Shown piece by piece: positions 53,641 to 64,000 of a stretch of 64,000 bases of DNA. The notes beneath the pieces are model-generated. The model ran no database searches and was not told the origin of the DNA. It saw only the letters and a program-made list of their open reading frames with translations. Source of the DNA: Podarcis vaucheri (Eukaryota); the NCBI GenBank assembly GCA_965113315.1, contig OZ220366.1; one strand, given 5' to 3'. A program made the position numbers and the translations under genes. Each line of letters starts with the position of its first letter. The stretch's first letter is position 1.

Positions 53641-53697
53641 TTGCAGAAAATATATACAGAAAAACACACGGGGGAGGAGAATTCAGCACAGTCTGAC

Positions 53698-53712
53698 TAT
53701 CTATCTATTGAC

Positions 53713-53742
<30 letters not shown>
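53698..53742. repeat. (TATC)n/(ATTG)n tetranucleotide microsatellite
   Basis: Read directly. Confidence 0.85.
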
Positions 53743-53743
<1 letters not shown>

Positions 53744-54479
53744 ATATGCCATCCTTCATCCAAGGATCAGTGGACACAGATATTGGATGTGGTGAATGAA
53801 AAGTAATATACCCTGGATAAAGACTTGGCTGAACTGGGTAAAAGTTTGAAGAGCAGCACTCTACCCTGCAACATGTTACCCGCATTGTTACAACAGCCCT
53901 GTAAAGCAGGCCTTATTATCAGTAAAATATCACAAAATAGTATGCAACCTTTTGAGTTCACCTGAACTCTTCAATTCATGCTAGATGGTAAACCAGCAAA
54001 TGGGGTGGGAGGAAATGGGGGCAGATGTTAGCTGAAGTCTTGGAGTAACATGGAATTGGAGAGGAGGTAGCAGACATTCAAATATGGCCCTTTTGAGTGC
54101 TATGTAGGTATTAGCTTGTGCCAACACCTGCAGAGAACAATAAAGGTAACAGTGGCTGAATTCCCCACGGCTGTTACCCAGGTGTATCTCCATCCTTAGT
54201 AAAACACACAGGTTCCATGGTAGGTGTAAGACAGGAATCAAAAGAAACTAGGCAGTCCTTACTTTAGGCAAAGTATTCTTTTGGAAGATTTGCTAGTACT
54301 AGAAATTAAATACCAAGTAGTGTTTTATCCCAAGTTGTTTTCAATTTTTGAACCTTGGGGAAGAAGAAATTGAGTTAAACATACCATTCTCATACCAATG
54401 ACCTCTTTGGCCCAGGCTCAAGCAGTTTGCTGCATGAGAAAAAAATAATTAACAAGTATGAAAAGGCAAATTTACTTAC

Positions 54480-54592
54480 CTCCAAAGCCAGGTCTCATTG
54501 CAAAATCATGGTCCTCTATACGGAGAAGCTGCTCAGATTTCATGGGCCGTACTTTGGTGCTGTCAATTTTCCTCATCTTAATTTCTCGTTTG
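54480..54592 (-). CDS. GABRR3: GABRR3 exon (KREIKMRKIDSTKVRPMKSEQLLRIEDHDFAMRPGFG)
   Basis: gcAG / GTAAGT, 113 nt, phase 2 to 1; rho-type DFxMRPGFGG motif. Confidence 0.93.
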
Positions 54593-55397
54593 CTGCATTA
54601 ACAATAGATAATTAAATGTATACCCCACCACATGTTGCCAGAGGTTTCTGAGGGTGATCTATATAGGAGTTGCTGTTTTTAAAAATCAACAATTAAAACT
54701 GAGTATCACTAAAAGCAGAACAATTCAGTCAGAGTGTACCATACTATAACCACAGAGCAATAGAATGATATAAACAGGTCAGTTTAAAATAACAACCTGC
54801 CTTGCCTTCCAAATGGCTGCTAGAACAATGAATTTCAAGAAGGTATGGGCAGAGCCAGTGAGGTGCTAATTTAGGGTTGCCATATCTTGAAGAACAAAAA
54901 AGAGGACCGCGCTGCTGCCAGCCCGAACCAGGAAAAGAGGTGTGTGAGGCCGCTATCACCGCATCTCTTTCCTTGGTGTGGGCTGGCAGTGGCCACGGCG
55001 TGCAGAGCAGGCCAAGCTGCCTGAGCTCAAAACCCACCCACTACAAACCCAAAACTTTCCTTTAAAATGTAAAAACCCACCCAGATGGGCATGTTGGCCA
55101 CCAAAAGGAGGATATATCCAGGTTTTCCCAGACGAAACCGTAGGTGGGGAAAACCCATGTGATCCATCACCCACATGCGACTGTTGTTATTACAATGCTC
55201 AAATCCGAGGGGGGGAGGGCGGCAACCCTTATCTACTGATTTTAGAATACTGATAGGGCAAGATTTGGTTACAATTAGGGGGAGTCAAGCAACAGGTCTC
55301 TTAAGTTTTATTAATAACTTCACGTATGCATACTTTTCTCAATAATTCACTGTCAAGTGTTTCAGATATCAGCACAGGGAAGTGGCTCCTGTAGAAG

Positions 55398-55462
55398 TTG
55401 TGTGTGCGTGTGTGTGTGTGTGAGTGAGAGAGGGGGGGGAGAGGGAGAGGGAGGGGGAGGAA
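55398..55462. repeat. (GT)n-(GA)n-G-rich compound microsatellite
   Basis: Read directly. Confidence 0.8.
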
Positions 55463-58400
55463 GGCCGAACAGGCAAACTACAGTGTGGTTCTTCCTTCTA
55501 TGATAAGACTGTACCGTGTTGAAGAGGGACAGATTTAAGTAATTCAACTCCCTGCACTGCCCCCCCCCACCAAAATATGTGGACCAAATTCCTATTCATT
55601 GGATGCAGTATTCATCAATTTCATCCACTTCAAGGGATCATTCTGAACATTACTTCAACAGCATGGGAGACACTCCAGGGCAGTGTGGCTACTTCATACA
55701 CTACTCTGGTAATGCCAGAAGCTCCGGACCATATGGGACATGCCCACAAACTTGGCTGCTGCCAGTGCTGCCCCATCCTGCAGGTAACTCAGGCAAAGCT
55801 GCCTTGGGGAAAGTTGCATCTTCTCTGCTTGCACAGAGCCCAAGGCAGGAGGTTTTGAATGTGGTGTTATATTACAGCTGTATATATAGGTTGATTGTGC
55901 ATTAGGTTTATTTATTTATCTATTATTCTCTGTTTGTTTGCCTCTAAGCATGACTGGCTATTTTTTTATACAGTATAAGCTCCTTTCTGAAAGCACCTTT
56001 TGTCCATCAGGACCAGTATTATCTATTCTGTCGGTGGGTGCTCAAGGTCTCAGGTACATCAAAAGTACTCCTTTAATGGAATGCCAGAGCCAAGCCAGAG
56101 TTTCTTGCTGCCCTGGGCAAAATAAAATATACCCCCCCCCTTGTTTCTTCCTGTATGCTAAGCAGTATAGTGGCAGCACATTAAGGAAAGCAGCCTTGTT
56201 TTCTCACATTCATTTTTAACATCTGTGAATTCATCACCAATGGTGATCAGAAACCCCTTAGTCAAACCCCATGGAATGCAGCCAATGTCATCCACAGAAT
56301 GGACAAAAAGTATTGGCAGTAGCTCTTTCCCCAGGACAAACAGCATTACTGAAACAGGCACCCTGAAATGCTGGCACTCAAGGCAGTTGCCTAGTTCACT
56401 TCTATGGTTGGGCCAATCATGGCAACAGACAGGTTTCTGGATCTTTCATACAATACAATATCAACTGGACATCAGTGTGTCTGGAAAAGCCCTTGGAAGA
56501 GCCTCTAAATTACTACCTCCACTTTCCTGTCACTTGTGTATTTCCTAGCTTGTCCATATTTTCTGTTAATTTAACTGGAACTCAGTCACAGAGTCATCGC
56601 TAGAGGATTGTGTCCTTAGTGCATATCAATTTGATCACTTGGATTCTATATCCCAAATCTCCGGTGCTAGCTATGTCACATGAGAGCCTTTTAGAGTCAC
56701 ATGCTCAACCCCCCCCCCCAAAAAAAAAGGTCATTCCTGGTCGCACGTAACTGAATGTTAATATAATGAGTACTTAGAAATTGATTTCTTTATTATGGCT
56801 CCAACTTACTCTGCAAATCCTGAGTTAAGCGGAGCATTTGGCTTACGTAATCAGGACTGCTGTGGCTCTTTCAGAGGAAAATTGTGAATGAACTGAGAGC
56901 TTGAGTTCACCACTGGAAGTTCTAGGAAGTATCGAGTAACCCATATATACACACAGATGTGTCATAAGCAGCAGACAATGGGCTTCAGGGATGCCACCAT
57001 GTTGCCTTGCAGCCTTACTTTGAATTAACATTTTGGTTTTAAACTCACAGCTGTGTCTGAAATTAATATGACGGGCAGAGCAATCCTATAGGGGCAGGGG
57101 GGGGGACTCCATGGTGAAGAAACTACCACTTCTTAATCCCTACCAAATTAAAGATAGGGGACCTTCTAACCTATCCTCAGATATTAAAAAAAACCCTCTC
57201 ATTGGTCCCATTGGTTTCTAAGGCTACAGTTTCCCCCCCTTTTGATGCATGTGTCGGGAGAACAGGATCCTGCTGATCTAAGGCCTCCTATCCACCCCAA
57301 CATGTCCTTTCTATTCTCATACCACAAATTGGAACACAGACCATGAAAGAGAAATATTGGCTGGCTTTCTGCTGCTGCACTAAGGAAACCTCCAGAAACA
57401 ACAGACTTCATCCGTCTGTGACCTCTGTGAACCAAGAGGGAGGTCTGCAACATCCAGCAGCCCCTCAGTTGCTCACTCAGGGAAGTTAGGATTGCTCCCT
57501 AAATAGGATCATGGAAAAATGCTGACTTCACTTATAACTGCATGAGTTAGCAGGAACACAGGCAGATGTCTTGCATCAGAAGAGGCTACTTGTTGAGTTA
57601 GCCCAGTATTATATACTTGGACTAATAACAGCACTTAAGGGTTTCAGGAGGAGATTGCTCTTGTCACCGGCTGCCTGATAATTTTAACTGGGGGTGGCAG
57701 GGATTGAACTTTAGATCTTCTGCATGCAAAGCAGATATTCCTGTAACCCCTGAGTTACAGTCTTCCACACAAAGCACTATAGCTAGCACTCTTCAAAAGG
57801 ATGCCCTGGTCTCCCCACCTAGATGCTTTCCCTCCATAAATATCAGATTATCACACCTGTTCTAGGGTGGTCCCTAAATGTCAAAAAGTTTGCCTTATTT
57901 CAAAATATTCCAGCTCTGTGAAATAAGCATCACTAACTCCACAATATTCCATTGAACAAACACTAACTCCACTGCATTTCCAGAGCTTCCAATGACTTTC
58001 ATCTTGGCCAGTGGATAACTCTACCCCACAATGCATGCCTTTAGTTCGTTATTCGTAAAAGGTGTCGTGTCCCACATTATACCCTGTTTCAAGATGTTTT
58101 GTGCCAGATGTTTTCTGTATCTCATTTTAGATGACCAGGTATGCTGATGACAAAATGATGACAAAGGTTAGACACAGTTATAAGATCCTACACCAAATAA
58201 TTATGGTGAGAAATATATCCCTAAATAAGACTACATAGGGTTTGTCCAGCTGTGCACCCCCTCATCTGATACTATTTGCATTTTTTTTAATGAACACATT
58301 AAATGCAAAGGTGCATTTGTCATCAGGTCTAGCTTGGTCCAAAGTTAAACCTGACACTGGCCTGCTTTTTAACTGCAGTATCTTCTCCACTGGTAAAAAA

Positions 58401-59615
58401 TCCAAGATAGCAGATTCATTTCACAAAATACATTAAATAGCAGTAACCTTTGGGTCTAGAACTAAGCTCTTCACCTCAGGGGTCATGACAAGCCCCTAAA
58501 TTTTCATAAATACATCCATTATTATGTAATCTCTACTTGCATTTACTTAAAGATTTTCTTCCATTTCAGACGTTGGGGAAAACGTCAAACTATACATGTC
58601 TAGTGCCACATGCATAAAGCCTCCCTCTGACTAACAAACAATGAGGTGATTGTCTCCTCCCACATTTCCCTCTCCCCAGGTGATCAGTATTTATCTGTTC
58701 TCCTACCTGAAGCAGGCTTTGGAAGCGGATGCTTAAGGAAAAGAAAAGGAAGCAAGCTATATATAACAACCTACGGTACTTCTGAAAATTGTCGACTCTC
58801 GCTAGATTGTGGTTTATGAGCACAATCTGTTGGAAACATCATTGAAAAGCTCTATATTTTGTTCTTCCTGCACAAAGCATACAGCTCCCAAACTGAATTA
58901 TATTTCTTGTGACTAGGATTAGCTCTCATTTTCCTGGATACTGTGTTCTAAAACTGCTATGTACAGCAAAAGTCTAAGTTCAGGAATTCAACTAGAAACT
59001 GAATAAAATATATTAACTAGCTTAAAGGCTGGGATTTAGAGATGCTGATAAAATAATTCCACGTATTAGAACACAGTTAACTATATTCCAAATGAAAGGC
59101 TCCTGTAACATGATTAAAATCAGATTTGAGACTGGTTTTTAAAAATCCTAATTATATACTTTCTTTGTTTTTAGAAACAAATAGCTACTACCACTGACAT
59201 TTAGGGAAACAAATGTAACACAAAAATTATATATAACACTGGCTTAGAACTAAATATGTCATACAGAAAAGAAATAAGCTTTTATAAACAATCACCTTAG
59301 CTTTTTAGCATTTTACATCTCGTACTTTCCATTACTGTATTTTTGCACCCAATAATTATTGTAAATAATAAATCACATATAAATCACTATATGCTATATA
59401 TAGGACCATGCACAATATACATATATGAAATGTAGAAAAGAAAATTTTAATAGCTTAGTTTATATGAATGCATTGTTCTGTTTCTGTTCCTCGATGCACA
59501 CAAGAACAGTCCTTCCGATCAAACCAAGAGCAAGTCATCTTTGGGATGGCGGCAGACATACAGAGTGTACATAAACAGAACAGCAGCCATGATGCCCAGT
59601 GACCATTTTGCTCAC

Positions 59616-59746
59616 CTGTTATGTCTTTTCATGAATGACCTTTGAGGATGGTGGTGGTGGTAATGATGATGATGATCACTGTGACTGATTAAAAGAGAAG
59701 TAGGCCATATACAGGTGAGGAGCAACAGTTTTATTGCAAGGATCAT
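59616..59746 (-). CDS. GABRR3: GABRR3 first coding exon: signal peptide plus His-rich tract (MILAIKLLLLTCIWPTSLLISHSDHHHHYHHHHPQRSFMKRHN)
   Basis: ATG at 59746, hydrophobic leader resembling recalled human MVLAFQLVSFTYIW, AG|GTGAGC donor, 131 nt phase 2, matching the next exon. Confidence 0.85.
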
Positions 59747-60149
59747 GTCTTCAAGTCACAGGAGTAAAACCGATTCAATCAGCCCACATTAGTAAGCTTT
59801 CATTCTCCAGTTATTAAGAAACAACATACGATGAAGAGGATGCAAATAATATGAGGCACTGCAATATAAGAGAGGCAAAAACATCCCAGTTTTCATTCTT
59901 CTTCGAAGTATCCACTTATTCTTGAAATTTTATAAATCCTTAAAATCCGCATCATACCACATCTTATGGTGTTGCTATCCAGATGCTGCAGTTTTCCCTT
60001 TAGGACTCTACTAAGCAAAACAATATATTTAACTTATTCCCATTTTCATCCATTCTTTCGTTGTCTCTGGGTGTGTTCTTAGTCCAGTGTTTTAACACCC
60101 ACTCACTGTACTCTTCAGTGGAGCTCTTGCACAGACAAAAGAGTGATGT

Positions 60150-60300
60150 CAAACATTTAATCCCTTTAATCCCACACAGCACCACAAGGAAAAAAGAGCT
60201 TTCATTACCCTATGAAAATCTGTGATTAATGAGAAAAGATCAGAAAATTAAGCTTACTTACCGCATATGCAGAAAATCATTTTCAGCCCATCAATAAAAA
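60150..60300 (-). promoter_or_regulatory. Candidate GABRR3 5' regulatory region and upstream non-coding exon donor
   Basis: Consensus G|GTAAGT donor on - at 60262/60261; tandem TAATCC at 60158 and 60167. Confidence 0.35.
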
Positions 60301-60737
60301 TGCTTAAATTGTGTAAGTAGCATAGATGGCAAAAATTATCTCTGGCTGCATTATAGGGTAACAACCATTTGTCTCGACTGGGAAACTAGACGATGATGAA
60401 GTGTTTGGCAATTCATTGGAATCTTGGAGATATTAAGGTTTCTCCTTCTGAAAGTAAGTAAAGCAGAGCTGTTGGTTAGATCTAAGAATGCACCCATGCA
60501 AACACACACACTAGTGGTGAAATTTGTGTGGAAATGGTATTTATAGTCCACATCTGAGGACAAATTACAGTTTTCCTGATTAAGTGGTAATAAATTTATG
60601 AGAGATTTTGGGGAGGAAGCTGCTGCTTTCAGTTATGATGTACTTTTACCAAAGCATTTTTACAAGTTTTCATTTATTCAGTAAATCCCAACGTTTGCAG
60701 CCAGTCGCATACTCTGACTCGTACAAATCAGAACTTA

Positions 60738-60930
60738 GAAGGAGCCAAAGCTCAGTTATAGAGAACACACTGAACGTACAAGGTCCTCAGTGCAGTTCTT
60801 GGCATCTCCAGCATGGGCTGGCAGCAGGGCTGAGAAATACCCTCTTAATGAGATTTTGGAGAGCCGCTACAGGTCAGAAGAAACACTACTGGGTCAGAAG
60901 GGCCAATGACCTGACTCGACAGTTTCATGT
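60738..60930 (+). mobile_element. Degenerate tRNA-derived SINE (Squam3-like)
   Basis: agctcagt A-box-like start, ttcttggcatctccag, ggagagccgct, and a CR1-like 3' end gggccaatgacctgactcg. Confidence 0.55.
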
Positions 60931-62363
60931 TTTCAGCTGCATCTGCTGATGCAGTTCAACTGTACTACTTCCTTGTTCAACAAGAGTATTATTTGGTTTT
61001 GAAGACAGAGCTTGAAATTTTATTTAAGAACCCTGATGGATTAGACCAAAGGCATTTAGTCCAGCACCCTGTTGTAATGGAGTCTATGAGCCATGTGGTT
61101 AGATGTTACACTTCCTAAACAGAAATGACCATCAAAAGCTTATAGAACCTTCCAGTCTACAAAACACTGTGCCTGTCTCAATTGCTTCAAGGTATCCAAA
61201 CTGGTTTGCTTTCTTTAGTGCATCCAGTGCTAGAATGTTAATGTATCCCTCAGCTAGGATGAACACATGTGCTCTGTTTGAAGGGCTATTTAAAGATATA
61301 GAACCATAAGAAGGGAGAGAAGGGACTTTGAAGCTGTCCATCAGCTGCTAGCACTTGGACAGCAGACTGAGCAGGCATACAGGTCATCTGATTACAGTCT
61401 CCCTCACTTTGGTGGCATGTATTATACTTCTTTTTAAACTACAGCGGTTAATTCTCAGTTTGGATCTATGCACAGAAATTAGCACATCCAACCCTCAGGC
61501 TGATTCTGTATAGTGTTCTCTTTTTCTAATCTGGGGAGAAAATGGTACCAGAGCAGGACATAATATCAATATAAATCGCCAAAGCAGGTTAATCTTTCTG
61601 CTGTAATGATTCCTAAGAGAAGGTTTTTTTGTGTTGACATATAAATGCAACTTAATGGACAATGATTATAATGAGTCAGCCATTGATCGTTCCCCCACTA
61701 CCCAAATACAAAAATAAAATAAAATTGAACATCTGGCTTTGTGCTACCATTAAAATGTTTTCTTAACTTTATCCCTTCACTTTTCCCTCATGCAAAGCTC
61801 ATAATGCTTAGCTTTTAAGGATATAACATATTCTGTGGCAGTCCTACAAATGGAAATTATCGACCAAAACATCCGCACGCCTGCGTGGGTGTGGGCGCTG
61901 AAACAAAGAATGAAATTAATTCCACAAATGCTTAGATTAATTTGTTGTTTTCTCCATACCTAGGATGTGTGGCAGGTGGACAATTTAAAAGCAAACATAT
62001 ATGTAAATAACTAGTCAAATGAGACAAATACTGAATTGTAGAGATGTGTTATAAGCACAATCTTAATGTCTTACCAGCTCAACTCTTGACAGCAAAAGCT
62101 GGTCCAGATAAAAACAGTTAGTGAGCATTGGATTCAAATTATTTGCAGGAACTAGATTTTTTGGCCTGGATAGTCAGTTTGAAATTGAACATCTGTAACT
62201 ATTTCCCAAATCTGGTTGGAAGCAGGAATTTGTGTTCTGGATTCCATTTCACACAATATGAGGGTTCCCCAGAATCTCATGATAGATAACTGGAGAGTAA
62301 TGGGCAGAATCCAATTTTCGTAGAACTGGTGATAGGCCTGTGCTTGCACAGAAGCATCTAGAA

Positions 62364-62549
62364 CAGAGCTTTCCAAACTGTGTGTCACAACACGTTAGTG
62401 TGTCAGCTGCAGTGTGTAGGTGTGTCGTGCAAACACTCCCCATGCTTCTCCCAGGGCTGGAAAGGGGTTAGTAAATCTGAATTACTGTGTCACGAAATGG
62501 CGCATGTCTAAAAAGTGTGTTGCCAACATGAAAAGTTTGGAAAGCTCTG
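62364..62549. mobile_element. hAT-type MITE
   Basis: Perfect TIRs CAGAGCTTTCCAAACT / AGTTTGGAAAGCTCTG; imperfect 8-bp TSD ATCTAGAA / CTCCAGAA. Confidence 0.8.
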
Positions 62550-63044
62550 CTCCAGAAGAGCTAATGTGAACTAACTGTGATAGTGCAGGAGCTGAATCTT
62601 ATGCCTACAAAGAATGCAAGTCAAATATAGCTATACCAATAATTCAGGAATAGATCATCATACTCATATTCAACTAGCATTAGTTAGTTTATCATAGACA
62701 AAGGCCAATAAGGAGAGAAGCCTGGTGTGGACACACACGAGGTTTCTCTCCCTCTTTCTTAAAGATAATTGAATTAATCGTTCCAGCATTATCTAATGAA
62801 GCTGAATGGTAGAGGATTCAGGATAGACTTCTTCACACAATACATGGTTATCGAATTTACTGCTACAAGATGTGGTGATGTCTACCAGCCTTAGATAGCT
62901 TTAGAAGAATATCTGACAAATTCATGGATGACTGCTAGTCATAATGGTTACATGCTACATCCAAGATCAAAGGCCTCTGAATATCAGTAGCTGGGAACAA
63001 CAGCCCTTGTGTGTTGTTTGTGGGCTTCTCAGAGCCATTGACTT

Positions 63045-63228
63045 CAAGTTCTAAGAAAGGAGATTCCAACTAAACATCTGACAGTAAGAGCTGTTCAACA
63101 GTGGAACTGTCTCCCTCAGGACAGTGAAATTGTCTCCCTCCTTCCTTGGAGGTTTTTAAGCAGAGGTTGGACGGCCATCTGTCATGCATGCTTTAGCTGA
63201 GTTTCATCCGTTGCAGGGGGTTTGACTA
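63045..63228 (+). mobile_element. CR1 LINE 3' fragment
   Basis: agattccaactaaacat...ctgacagtaagagctgttcaacagtggaa...ttggaggtttttaagcagaggttgga aligns with 35960-36135. Confidence 0.8.
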
Positions 63229-64000
63229 TATTTTTCTAGAAAGTTATGAGGCAAAATGTGTAAGTACTTTTTAAGTGATTTATGTAAAATTAAAGTGTGT
63301 GTGGTGTGGCTACAATTGCATATTTTTCCTGGTACTGAGGAACATGCCCTTTTGCTATTAGGCAGCAACAGCATCACAAATCTGCTCGTAAAATCTAGTG
63401 CTTCCAGAACTCTCTGAAATTTGAAATGTGTGCACTTGTCCAAAAAGTTTTCGCGCAACCCCTGGTTTATAATACATATCAGTCAGAAAATTTCATTTAG
63501 TTGTTTATATAATGCCATTTATGTACACAGCATGTTGCAAATAACAGTTTGACAGGTCCCTACAGCATACAATTTTTTTAAAAGAAAGAAAGAAAGCAGA
63601 AGACCACTGTTTGGACAGATACATGAATTTTGGTACTTTGGATATCCTACCAATAATGAATTCATTTCCCAAGTTTGAATCCTCATTTTAAAAACAGCTT
63701 CCTCCATGCACACAAAAATGAGTTATCAGCAGATTTGGAAGAAACCCCAAGTTGGCAGAAGTTTAAAAAAATCCTTACCAAAAAAACCTCTCTTAATTTA
63801 GGGAGGGAGGACACCCCAAAACAGCCCAGTTAAAAATGAGCAAGCTTCAGGGTCAAGGGCAGGGAGTGGAGTTTCCTAGAAGAGGGTTTAGTCAGTTGGC
63901 TAGAACATTGACAGGAACACTCCCACTGCAACATTTGTTGAAAGCCTCACTAGTACCTTTGCAGTACAAAATTAATAAAGTCACAAGTTTTTGAAGATGA

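Noticed and set aside
58773-58826. Possible extra GABRR3 exon (CAG acceptor and GTAGG donor on -)
   Set aside because: In the required phase it reads TTG TGC TCA TAA (stop), and the flanking exons already join in frame.

Overview
Vertebrate genomic DNA from a squamate, most likely a lacertid lizard, judged from Sauria/Squam SINEs, BovB, CR1, L1, L2, Penelope and many MITEs. It carries the conserved amniote gene block CRYBG3-RIOX2-GABRR3. (1) The last 8 coding exons of CRYBG3 are on + (224..11792; beta/gamma-crystallin repeats and C-terminal ricin-B lectin). (2) RIOX2/MINA is complete on -, with 9 coding exons (29946..16218, 1398 nt, 465 aa, intact JmjC HxD...H) and a CpG-island promoter at about 33.7-34.7 kb. 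(3) GABRR3 (GABA-A rho3) is complete on -, with 9 coding exons (59746..38495, 1416 nt, 471 aa). All exons were read by hand, have GT-AG boundaries and join in phase. Gene and repeat-family names come from recalled sequences, not a database search. Most ORFs in the supplied track are spurious or transposon-derived. The most unusual items are: a Tc2/pogo-like non-autonomous DNA transposon family whose interior is a variable array of GC-rich hairpin modules (one copy amplified as a 109/218-bp higher-order repeat); two oppositely oriented copies of it flanking RIOX2 exons 2-5, which would form a stop-free 786-nt circle; a His-rich tract at the extracellular N-terminus of rho3; a damaged Penelope hammerhead ribozyme; a NAGNAG acceptor in RIOX2; and multi-layer nested transposons. 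I cannot show a wholly new biological system from sequence alone, so these are hypotheses.
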